Positions 41,771 through 50,035 of a stretch of 56,563 nucleotides of DNA are shown here, piece after piece; position 1 is the stretch's first letter, and every line of letters starts with the position of its first letter. Origin of the DNA: a virus (taxonomy: Duplodnaviria; Caudoviricetes). Under the pieces are notes generated by a model. The model did no database searches. It saw only the letters and a list, made by a program, of their open reading frames with translations, and had not been told where the DNA came from. The stretch is taken from positions 1 to 56,563 of the IMG/VR virus record IMGVR_UViG_3300044639_001130; one strand, written 5' to 3'. Made by a program: the position numbers and the translations under genes.

Positions 41771-42370
41771 ATGGAAATACAAACTAAACATAGGCTAAAA
41801 ATATTAAACTCTAAGTGTGAATATGTTTGCGCTGTAGAAAACCTATCTAAGAAATTAGATTACGGAGATGATATTGAATGTTGCTTAAATAAGTTATTCT
41901 TAGCATCTAAGTTAATTAATAGATTAGAGTGTTATAACTTTCCTACAGAAACAACTACACTAAGTACTAATAGTGAGTTTTATACAGAGTTAGGTGAATC
42001 TCAAGCAGATAGATTATATAGAACTTTTCTGTTAGATATTAATTTAAATATTAATGGAACAATATATAATATAGTTTCAGATGGTGTAAATATCGGAATA
42101 ACATTAATAATAAATAAATTAACACAATTAGGGGTTTTTGTTTTTTGTATTACTTCAAAAGAAAGTTTAGAACTTACGTTTGGATTAACATGTGATATTT
42201 TAGACATAAGTTTTAATATTAAATATGGAGAAACAGAGTGGGTTCCATATACATTTGCTAATACAGTTCCTGGAGTATGTGGTAATCCGATAGTTATTAT
42301 GCCTAAAATCTGCATAGAACAATCTGATTTAAGAGAAATGTATGCCGTACTAGACAATCTACTATCTTAA
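41771..42370 (+). CDS. hypothetical Cys-containing protein
   Basis: Last + strand ORF before the convergent terminator. Confidence 0.4.
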   Translation: MEIQTKHRLKILNSKCEYVCAVENLSKKLDYGDDIECCLNKLFLASKLINRLECYNFPTETTTLSTNSEFYTELGESQADRLYRTFLLDINLNINGTIYNIVSDGVNIGITLIINKLTQLGVFVFCITSKESLELTFGLTCDILDISFNIKYGETEWVPYTFANTVPGVCGNPIVIMPKICIEQSDLREMYAVLDNLLS

Positions 42371-42391
42371 TACAATAACTTATATAAAACT

Positions 42392-42422
42392 AAAAAGAGA
42401 CTAATACTAGCCTCTTTTTTTT
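42392..42422. terminator. bidirectional terminator at the strand convergence
   Basis: AAAAAGAGACTA-ATAC-TAGCCTCTTTTTT between converging gene blocks. Confidence 0.75.
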
Positions 42423-42804
42423 ATTTCTTTAAATCTTTTAAACAGAATACTATTCCTTCACACCACTTTTTTTTATTCTTATTTATAGTGAATTTAGAAT
42501 GAGGTATTGTGGTTAAAAACTTCCACACACATAATCCTTTATCTTCCCAAAATACATTTATTTTAAGTCTACCTTCTTTTGGTCTTGTAAATATACCTTC
42601 TTCGGTAACATATATATCTCCACCTCTGAATAAATCTATCTCATCGCGGAAATAGCCGTCAAATTGAATAGTATCATCTCCTATCGCAGAAACAATTACA
42701 AGATTATTTGCTCTTGCCATCTTCATAACATACTTAGTGAAACTATCATCGTAATTATGACCGTTTATAAGTTTAGCTAATTCTTCGTAGGTTGATATTG
42801 GCAT
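42421..42804 (-). CDS. hypothetical phage protein
   Basis: 127-aa ORF; no function recognised. Confidence 0.5.
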   Translation of the reverse strand: MPISTYEELAKLINGHNYDDSFTKYVMKMARANNLVIVSAIGDDTIQFDGYFRDEIDLFRGGDIYVTEEGIFTRPKEGRLKINVFWEDKGLCVWKFLTTIPHSKFTINKNKKKWCEGIVFCLKDLKK

Positions 42805-42808
42805 AATG

Positions 42809-43324
42809 TTATTTTAAACGAAGTGTTTTTTTAATGCTTTTCTTAACTGTCTCCTCGTACTTATCGTTATCCTCTTGGTTCTTCTTAGCTACTCTTTTGA
42901 AGATTTGCTTTTGCTCTTCTTGTTTAGCTCGTCTTTTAATAAACTTCTCCGGTTCTGCTGCCATATTAACCTGAACATCATCTGCTAGTATAGCATAAAT
43001 ATCAGTCTCGTGCATAGTCAAGTATGGGTCTCCTGCTATAACTAATTCTAAGTTAGCATGCACATTATACATTACTTTTAAGCCTACTCTAAGGTAAGGA
43101 ACTACTTCGGGACCAACAGCAATAATATATCCTACTGTGCCTTGAGATAGCTTAGAAGTAGATATAATAATACCTCCCTTAGACTTTCTTTCTCCATTAA
43201 TAGTTTCTTGGATGATTACGGACTTGCCTAATGGTATAGCATCAAATGTAATATTCTTTAAATCTGATGGTACGGATAGTGAATTAATTCTTTTAATTAA
43301 ATCTTCGTTAAACTTTTCTTGCAT
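42809..43324 (-). CDS. groES: co-chaperonin GroES-like protein with C-terminal extension
   Basis: PLGKSVII...KSKGGIII...IIAVGP...VGLKVMY...YLTMHETDIYAIL. Confidence 0.85.
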   Translation of the reverse strand: MQEKFNEDLIKRINSLSVPSDLKNITFDAIPLGKSVIIQETINGERKSKGGIIISTSKLSQGTVGYIIAVGPEVVPYLRVGLKVMYNVHANLELVIAGDPYLTMHETDIYAILADDVQVNMAAEPEKFIKRRAKQEEQKQIFKRVAKKNQEDNDKYEETVKKSIKKTLRLK

Positions 43325-44155
43325 TGTTTTGTTTTTTTTTGGTTAAAATTAATTATTATTATTTACATATCTTAATATTTTGAACTTTAATTGAAACTTT
43401 CTTCACTTAGCTCAACTTGTTTATCTTTATAGTAATTGATTAATAGGGTTCTTTGCTTGTCTGTCAACAGTTTATAGTCAACACTATTAATAAGTCCTAT
43501 GATGCCAGCAAGATGTGGTTGAACCTCAAATGAATCAAATGCTATGTATTCCTTAATGGTATTTGGACTACCGTAATCATGGTGGCTTACAAATTTTAAT
43601 AATTTATTGTAAACGTCTATGCTTATAGATTTACGATTAGTTAAATAGCAAGGATTAGCGAATCCCATATACGCCACACATTCTCTTTTTTTGAATGCCG
43701 GAATACGATTATAGATTGCTAAATACTCAGATTTGTTGATTTGTTTTACTTCTTGTCTCATGTTTTAGGGTTTAGTATTAAAAATTTATTGATGTTCCTT
43801 CTATTGTAAAGAATGCAGGCTTAAACTCATGTTTTCTAAATCCGATTATGCTATCTGATTCTGCTATTATCCAATTAGGAGTTATGCACTTGTCTGTAAC
43901 TTTAAAAGTTATTCCGTTATTAAGCTTTATAACATCACCGTAAAACATTCTTTCAAATGAATCTAAATCAAATCTAACCTCAACCTTGTACTCGTAAGCA
44001 GGAGTTATTTTAAACTTCTTACATATCCATAATTGAAGTTTTGAATAGTTAGTTTTACTGTAATTTAAAACTTTAAAAGATTTTATTTTGTGTGTTTGTT
44101 TTTGCATATACTGTTTATACTTGAAATTAATTAAAAAGGTTACAAACTTGCCATA

Positions 44156-44779
44156 TTATTTATATAATCCTATCATTTTATTATAAATTATCCTTAAACT
44201 AATTCTTTCTTCTATCTCGTAATACGTATCCATTTTTATAAGACTTTCTTTAATTCTTTTTGCTATTTCCGTAGCTTCTTTTATTTCAGGAATACTAGCC
44301 TGTAATTTTGGATATTTAATTTTCAAGTTTTCTATTTCGTCAGAAGCTGCTTTTCCAAAAATTTCCACTATCCTTTCTTTGTAAATAGCTCCATTGCCAT
44401 GCAGATGTAAGTTATCATGCTCGGACTGTCCATAAATATTCAATAGATTAAACCTAATGGATGGAAATGCCCCTACTGAATACAAGTGTCCGGCGTGCAT
44501 AACATAGTTGTCAAACCCTCCGCTAATACATTCATGACCTTTGTCAATTAACCTAACTATTGCATTTATTTCTTTTTCCAATCCTGATTTATAGTCGCTT
44601 AAAGTTTTCAACTTCTCAACCATCTCTTTCTTCTTTACTTTCCACTCATCCTTTTCTTTTCTCTCTACAGCCTTCTTATTATACTCCATGGCGCATCTAG
44701 GACTACAAAGGAATTGTAATGGATTGTATTCAGGAGTAAACTTTTCTTTGCAGTTTTTACAAGATTTAGGTTTAGCCAT
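44156..44779 (-). CDS. ninG: NinG/Rap-like recombination nuclease
   Basis: N-terminal CxxC...CSxxCA; core RLID...CISG...HAGH...IRFN..NI..Q. Confidence 0.85.
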   Translation of the reverse strand: MAKPKSCKNCKEKFTPEYNPLQFLCSPRCAMEYNKKAVERKEKDEWKVKKKEMVEKLKTLSDYKSGLEKEINAIVRLIDKGHECISGGFDNYVMHAGHLYSVGAFPSIRFNLLNIYGQSEHDNLHLHGNGAIYKERIVEIFGKAASDEIENLKIKYPKLQASIPEIKEATEIAKRIKESLIKMDTYYEIEERISLRIIYNKMIGLYK

Positions 44780-45122
44780 TGAATATTTGTTTAAGAAGTT
44801 TAAGGCTTTCGGATTCGTTATATCTAGGTATCTCTATACCTATCTTATTATCGTTGATTACTACTCTTCCAACTATTAATTGTACAGGTAAGCCATATCT
44901 TACACAAAGCCAAATTATTTGTTCTTCTGATAGAATACTTTTATTTGTCTTACCTGCAAAGTATCTAGATAAACAACCTGCCGTTATTTTAAAGTTTCTT
45001 TCAGAAGCATCTTGTATTACTTTCGCTCCTATATACCCTTGACCCTTATCGGAAGGATACACTTCTTGGAGCCTTTTAAGAAGCGCTTGCTTTATTTTAG
45101 ACGAGTCTTTAACTATTGACAT
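44772..45122 (-). CDS. possible HTH DNA-binding protein
   Basis: ITAGCLSRYFAGK helix-turn-helix-like segment. Confidence 0.35.
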   Translation of the reverse strand: MSIVKDSSKIKQALLKRLQEVYPSDKGQGYIGAKVIQDASERNFKITAGCLSRYFAGKTNKSILSEEQIIWLCVRYGLPVQLIVGRVVINDNKIGIEIPRYNESESLKLLKQIFNG

Positions 45123-45366
45123 AATTTACGAGTTACATTGTTCTACGTAAGCATAAACATTTTCAGCCACATGATTAATTTCTTTTTCTAAATCCTTATT
45201 TGATTTCTTATCACTAAAGTAAACCATACCTTTATCTTCTCCTAATTCATTCTTAATAACTATACGAGTTAATAAAGGCTCTAAGGATGTAGTAATAAAA
45301 GATGAATCATTACATTCACCTATAACTGTAAATTCGCCTGATTTTCCTGCTCTTTTTTCCATTTTG

Positions 45367-45834
45367 TTATTTTTTTAATGTTACTTCTTTATAATATTTT
45401 TCTACATATTGTTCTGCCGGTAATATAAGTATTTCGTTTTGCTCACACCACATTAGAACTTTCTCTACAAACTCAGCAGTTTCTTTTTTACTAAGTTCAG
45501 CTAAGCTTCTAACATGGGTTCTCATAATAGACATTTTACCAATAGTTACCTTATTTTGGTAGGATAAAAACTCTGGAGCAAACACTTCTTTATGTATTTG
45601 TTCTACTGTATTGAAATGACTAAACATCTCACAAGTTAAACAAGTTCCTAATATTCCTCCGAAGTAGTAAGAGAATTGATTTACAGATGGTCTGCGTATC
45701 TTTTCTTTTATAACTAATTCAAATTCTCTGCCGGCTAAAGATTCTCTCTGATTAGCCCACATATTAGTATCATAAAATAGTATGTCTCCATTAGGTTTTA
45801 CCCTACCGAAATGTCTTATAATAAGATTAGCCAT
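45367..45834 (-). CDS. NinB/Orf-like protein
   Basis: RPSVNQFSYYFG...RSLAELSKKETAEFVEKV. Confidence 0.6.
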   Translation of the reverse strand: MANLIIRHFGRVKPNGDILFYDTNMWANQRESLAGREFELVIKEKIRRPSVNQFSYYFGGILGTCLTCEMFSHFNTVEQIHKEVFAPEFLSYQNKVTIGKMSIMRTHVRSLAELSKKETAEFVEKVLMWCEQNEILILPAEQYVEKYYKEVTLKK

Positions 45835-45837
45835 AGA

Positions 45838-46590
45838 CTAGAAAGGCATATCATTTGAGTCGTCTAAATCCGAAACAATATCAGGGCTTTCACAAACTTC
45901 TTGTTTAAAAACAGGCTGTTTAGCGTTTAATCCGTTATCTTGATTCTCATCTACAACATCAGTATAATCAGGTTTAGACGCCCCTGCTTTAGCAAAGTAA
46001 GCAGTTAAATACTCTTGTAATTCAGCATCTAATTCAGACGCTACTCCATTTGTAGCTTCAGATACAGGCATTACTTCATACACAGGCTCAAAGTATTTAG
46101 TTACGCCTTTCTTCATAGGATTAGCAGATTTAACCACAACTCCAATCTCTGTAACTTTTTTACCATCACAAAATTCAATGAATGGACCTAATGCAGAACC
46201 CGTTAATTGTAAGTTAGCAATAACTAATCCCTTACCTTCTTCTTTAATAGCTACATATACAGATTGAACATACTTTAAGCCTTTAGGAGCTAACTTCTCT
46301 TTTACTTGCTCATATAAGCCAGTCATTACAATACCATTCTTTGTTCTAACCGTAAACGGTTCTTTCTTTGTGCTACGAACTTCATTTGAGTAATAACCTA
46401 CTTTCTCTTGGTCGTTATAACCTTTGCAAGTAGATAATATATCTAATGGGATAAAGATAAATGGTAGCTCGATAAAGATATTCTTTGCACTTTCTTTATC
46501 ATAATACTTGAATTTTCCTTCTGAACCTGACCAATCAATATATTTGGTACAAGGACTTACTAACCTTTCTGTTGGGTTGCTTCTGCTCAT
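45838..46590 (-). CDS. putative single-stranded DNA-binding protein
   Basis: Acidic C-terminal tail ending DDSNDMPF; TAnnTTTG element at 46638-46645 (-). Confidence 0.6.
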   Translation of the reverse strand: MSRSNPTERLVSPCTKYIDWSGSEGKFKYYDKESAKNIFIELPFIFIPLDILSTCKGYNDQEKVGYYSNEVRSTKKEPFTVRTKNGIVMTGLYEQVKEKLAPKGLKYVQSVYVAIKEEGKGLVIANLQLTGSALGPFIEFCDGKKVTEIGVVVKSANPMKKGVTKYFEPVYEVMPVSEATNGVASELDAELQEYLTAYFAKAGASKPDYTDVVDENQDNGLNAKQPVFKQEVCESPDIVSDLDDSNDMPF

Positions 46591-46675
46591 TTTGTTTGTT
46601 TTTTTGGGTTTATATTTATTTAATTTTTACTCTTCTGCAAATCTATATAACTTTTATTACATATACAACTTTTAT

Positions 46676-46939
46676 TCAAAATAATAATTCTTTGTCTGTA
46701 AATTTATTTTTTTTGTTTGTCCATTTAGCGATACTTTTAAGCTTACCTGCCTCAACAGTATCTTTCTTATTGCCGTGTGTGTGGATTCTACCGAGCTTTG
46801 GTATGTTTAAATCTATTACACATACTTTAGACAACTTCATGTTTATATGGAGCATATAGCATCCTATTATAGTTTGTATTTGTTCTCTTGTAAATCCTGG
46901 ATTACTTTTTAGAACTAAATCTATTTTCTTTAAATTCAT
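46676..46939 (-). CDS. HU/IHF-like DNA-binding protein
   Basis: 87 aa, basic, LNIPKLGRI resembles the HU beta-arm root. Confidence 0.45.
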   Translation of the reverse strand: MNLKKIDLVLKSNPGFTREQIQTIIGCYMLHINMKLSKVCVIDLNIPKLGRIHTHGNKKDTVEAGKLKSIAKWTNKKNKFTDKELLF

Positions 46940-47163
46940 ATTACTCTATTAATTCATCTATAACTATATTATGCTTTTCCATCAAGTCGTATATCTCATA
47001 AAATACCTTGTCTATATCGGAATCATTTTCTAGTTTGTGTCTGAGGTTATGTGTTATTTCCAATAATACAAGTGTCATATCTAAAGATTTATTTGCTCTT
47101 TTGTAAGCCATCTTATCTTCTTGGTTGTTTAAATCAAATTCTATTGTTGCTTTCATATTGTTT

Positions 47164-47442
47164 TTATTTTAAATTAAATACTTTGTCTAAATTAATCTGA
47201 ATATTCCATTGTAAATCTGAAACATCAACTTTTTTAGGTTCCTTTATTAATAACTCCTTTGCTTTTGATTTACTTAAATGTTTCCTATTAATTAACCATG
47301 CTTTAGCAGTTTCATTAAAACCAATATGAACTGGCAAATTAGTAATATTAAATAACTCCTTTTGTCTAAATGCTAAAGTTTGATTTTCAAATACAAAGTA
47401 ATTTGAGTATGTTATAAAATATTCATTGTTTGGCTTTTCCAT
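47164..47442 (-). CDS. hypothetical protein flanking the cassette array
   Basis: 92-aa ORF with no tyrosine-recombinase motifs. Confidence 0.5.
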   Translation of the reverse strand: MEKPNNEYFITYSNYFVFENQTLAFRQKELFNITNLPVHIGFNETAKAWLINRKHLSKSKAKELLIKEPKKVDVSDLQWNIQINLDKVFNLK

Positions 47443-47498
47443 ATTGATTTTATTGGTGATTTAAAGGTTAGTTGGTTTTAGCAAGTAGTTACCAGCAA

Positions 47499-47711
47499 TT
47501 AGACATCGAACCCTTCCAACATTAATTTGTTGTGTAATATCTCGAGCCTTTCTCTCGGACTAAATAGGATATTGAAATCTTCCCACTTAATTCCACAAAT
47601 TAATGCTGATACTTCTTTAAGTCCCATTTTCTGATTAAGCGATAACGATTTATACCAACTAACTGCTGGTAACAGTACCTTTAAGCCATTTTTTATTTCT
47701 TTGTTATTCAT
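47499..47711 (-). CDS. cassette 1 hypothetical protein
   Basis: ATG lies inside the loop of hairpin 1; stop codon lies inside the cassette-terminal repeat. Confidence 0.6.
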   Translation of the reverse strand: MNNKEIKNGLKVLLPAVSWYKSLSLNQKMGLKEVSALICGIKWEDFNILFSPRERLEILHNKLMLEGFDV

Positions 47712-47771
47712 ATTCGTTAATTATTGTTTTAAATTAATATTTGGTAAACGGCTCAAAGCTGCAAAGCGTTA
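47670..47771 (+). repeat. attC-like hairpin 1 (102 bp)
   Basis: TAAC-A-GTACCTTTAAGCCATTT ... AAACGGCTCAAAGCTGC-AAAGC-GTTA. Confidence 0.75.
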
Positions 47772-47797
47772 GTTTCAATAAAATAAACCATTGATGT

Positions 47798-48187
47798 TTA
47801 CTTTTCTAATGTTAATATAGGTTGATAAATATTACCTTTTACCTCACAATTTCCATTAATATATGAAGATGTTTGCATATCAAAAGATGTGTAAAATGGA
47901 GTTTTTCTATTAAAGTCATTTTGATGCGTATTTATTGCAAAACCTCCTGCAACCCTAAATACATTATACATAAAGTTTTTATTTTTATCTTCTAAAATAT
48001 CACCTTCATAAATTTCAACTCCATTTTTGTCCTTTAACCCTATAAGTTGCATAGGCTCTGAGTTATGAATATCATTTGATTCATTAAACCATTGATAGCC
48101 TTTCCTTACAGGTTTGCCATCATTTATATTAACATCGCATCGCATTTCCTTACCATTCCATGCCCTAAACTTAATTTCTCTGTTCAT
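47798..48187 (-). CDS. cassette 2: YopX family protein
   Basis: MNREIKFRAW...MQLIGLKDKNGVEIYEGDIL...EVKGNIY. Confidence 0.9.
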   Translation of the reverse strand: MNREIKFRAWNGKEMRCDVNINDGKPVRKGYQWFNESNDIHNSEPMQLIGLKDKNGVEIYEGDILEDKNKNFMYNVFRVAGGFAINTHQNDFNRKTPFYTSFDMQTSSYINGNCEVKGNIYQPILTLEK

Positions 48188-48228
48188 ATTTTTTTATTTT
48201 AATTTATTTGGTTTATTTTACTGTAAAC

Positions 48229-48302
48229 TAACAAAATATTCAATCAATTTGGCTATTACATAATTGCTCAGACAGCCAAACAGATTAAATATCCAGCCGT
48301 TA
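48229..48302 (+). repeat. attC-like hairpin 2 (74 bp)
   Basis: TAAC-A-AAATATTCAATCAATTTGGCT ... AGCCAAACAGATTAAATATCC-AGCC-GTTA. Confidence 0.75.
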
Positions 48303-48310
48303 TGGGAAAT

Positions 48311-48538
48311 TCAATTTTTTACCCACCGCACCAGTGAATACCACAAACGCTTGAAGTTGTCTGTAATATCAGTTCTACGTTCTTTTTTACAATAGGCATT
48401 TAAGCCATCTTCAATTCCACTAAATTTGCCTGTATGTTCAAGCGATTTGTTAAATGTGATTTCATAGGTTGCTGAACCTGTTTCGCTGTAACCAATAAAT
48501 TTGTGCATTACAACTCTGTACTCTTTATCTTTTTTCAT
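48311..48538 (-). CDS. cassette 3 hypothetical protein
   Basis: 75-aa ORF filling the segment between hairpins 2 and 3. Confidence 0.6.
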   Translation of the reverse strand: MKKDKEYRVVMHKFIGYSETGSATYEITFNKSLEHTGKFSGIEDGLNAYCKKERRTDITDNFKRLWYSLVRWVKN

Positions 48539-48584
48539 TTTGAAATTTGTTTACGCCAACCCACAAAAAAAATGAACTATCCCA

Positions 48585-48672
48585 TAACACGGGTTTGGCA
48601 AAATGCCGCAGGACAGTTAGTGCTAAAAATTAAGTTTCGAGTAGCGGCACTTCGCCAAGCCCGAAACCGTTA
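48585..48672 (+). repeat. attC-like hairpin 3 (88 bp)
   Basis: TAAC-A-CGGGTTTGGCAAAATGCCGC ... GCGGCACTTCGCCAAGCCCG-AAACC-GTTA. Confidence 0.85.
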
Positions 48673-48687
48673 TAGGTAAGTTGTGTA

Positions 48688-48912
48688 TCATTTAGAAACA
48701 TTTTTGATAAGCGTATAATAGTGTTTTGTTATTCCGCTAAAATCAGTTTTCAATTCTAAATTATTTGCGAATCTTTCTTTAGCTGAATTATATTGTTTTT
48801 CAGTAATTCTAATATTACCAACATTATAACCAAAGTGCTTTATGAAAAAAGTAATTATTAAACTTTCGCCATTATTTATTCTTTCATCTATTTCTTTTTG
48901 TGTAATTCTCAT
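48688..48912 (-). CDS. cassette 4 hypothetical protein
   Basis: 74-aa ORF between hairpins 3 and 4. Confidence 0.6.
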   Translation of the reverse strand: MRITQKEIDERINNGESLIITFFIKHFGYNVGNIRITEKQYNSAKERFANNLELKTDFSGITKHYYTLIKNVSK

Positions 48913-48964
48913 AATTAGTTTTTTTATATTGTGTATTAATTAAAAATTCGTTACAACCTACCTA

Positions 48965-49022
48965 TAACCCAACCCTTACCCAACTCGGTCGACACCTTCG
49001 CTGGGTAAGGCTTCATCCGTTA
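48965..49022 (+). repeat. attC-like hairpin 4 (58 bp)
   Basis: TAAC-C-CAACCCTTACCCA ... TGGGTAAGGCTTC-ATCC-GTTA. Confidence 0.8.
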
Positions 49023-49029
49023 TGTGCCA

Positions 49030-49236
49030 TTATAAGTGACCACCCTCCACAAACTTGACTAAATGGTCGGCACACCATTGAGCCTTATTTAGTGGGTCTA
49101 ATGATAGATAGTTTTTCATCCAAGCATCTTTAGTCATTCCATGCTTCATAACGGCTTTCACTTGCTCAAATCTATCATCTGTAAATAAGTCAAGTTTGCC
49201 TTGTTCCTTTAATATCTTCTTTGTTTCTACTTTCAT
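49030..49236 (-). CDS. cassette 5 hypothetical protein
   Basis: ATG start at 49236 (MKVETKK...); the frame stays open to a TTG at 49287 inside hairpin 5. Confidence 0.55.
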   Translation of the reverse strand: MKVETKKILKEQGKLDLFTDDRFEQVKAVMKHGMTKDAWMKNYLSLDPLNKAQWCADHLVKFVEGGHL

Positions 49237-49257
49237 CTTGTGAATAATAACGGCACA

Positions 49258-49346
49258 TAACAAGGGTTTTGCGTAATAGCCCTTCAAATGTCGTGGTTAA
49301 TTTTAAGTTTCTACTAAGGGCTACTACGCAAAGCCCCGATACGTTA
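49258..49346 (+). repeat. attC-like hairpin 5 (89 bp)
   Basis: TAAC-AA-GGGTTTTGCGTAATAGCCCTT ... AAGGGCTACTACGCAAAGCCC-CGATAC-GTTA. Confidence 0.85.
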
Positions 49347-49379
49347 TAAGCAAGTGGGCGAAAATGCCCACCAGACTTA

Positions 49380-49728
49380 TAACACGGGCTAAGAAGAAAG
49401 TTTTTAAAAAGCCCACGCACGGTTTATGCTTCTGAATCAAATTCAAGTGCAATAAAGTTTTGTGTTTCTGGAAATACTTCCTGCAACTCTTTTAATTCTT
49501 CTTCTGTATGCACTTGGAACACTCCAATTGATTTATATACGCCTGATGAACTTGGTTCGTCAGAGGCATCTTCCTCATTCTTTTTTGTGTCAAAAATGCA
49601 AACCTCCACATCCAATGGAAATTTTTGTAACTGCTTAATCAATTGTTCGTTTTTCATTTTGTATTTATTTAGTTGTTAATAATTCCTACGCTATTTTTTA
49701 AAAACCTTCTCTTAGCCCGAAAACGTTA
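49380..49728 (+). repeat. attC-like hairpin 6 (349 bp, gene in loop)
   Basis: TAAC-A-CGGGCTAAGAAGAAAGTTTTTAAAAA ... TTTTTAAAAACCTTCTCTTAGCCCG-AAAAC-GTTA. Confidence 0.75.
49424..49657 (-). CDS. hypothetical protein inside hairpin 6 loop
   Basis: 77 aa; MKNEQLIKQLQKFPLDVEV resembles the N-terminus of common small phage proteins. Confidence 0.65.
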   Translation of the reverse strand: MKNEQLIKQLQKFPLDVEVCIFDTKKNEEDASDEPSSSGVYKSIGVFQVHTEEELKELQEVFPETQNFIALEFDSEA

Positions 49729-49751
49729 CCACTCATTTTGCTTTAAATATT

Positions 49752-49979
49752 CTAAAGAAGTTCAAGTTTTTGTTTAACTGATTTCCAATAATTTATAGAT
49801 AATTCAATATCTTCTCCAAAAGTCCCACCATCTCCCAAAATTGGTAATGATGGACTTGAATTAATTATTTCATTTACTGTTATTATCGAATGAATTATAG
49901 CGTTTCGGTAACCATCACATTCTACACATCTCATTTGATAACTTTCAATCAAGTCATTTGCTTTCTCTTTTGGTGTCAT
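49752..49979 (-). CDS. cassette 7 hypothetical protein
   Basis: MTPKEKANDL...YWKSVKQKLELL, a pattern I associate with small Bacteroidota phage proteins. Confidence 0.65.
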   Translation of the reverse strand: MTPKEKANDLIESYQMRCVECDGYRNAIIHSIITVNEIINSSPSLPILGDGGTFGEDIELSINYWKSVKQKLELL

Positions 49980-50035
49980 ATTTTTTTTGTTTTAATTTTC
50001 TATTAATGTTTAATTTAAGTACTCAAAACGTGTGG

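Noticed and set aside
7511-42357. Short - strand ORFs overlapping structural genes (e.g. 7511, 16384, 22589, 26813, 36876, 39102, 42001)
   Set aside because: Antisense shadows of long, well-supported + strand genes
49190-49420. 76-aa - strand ORF in the track
   Set aside because: It runs across hairpin 5, the gene-less cassette and an arm of hairpin 6 and overlaps the cassette 5 gene; probably an accidental open frame
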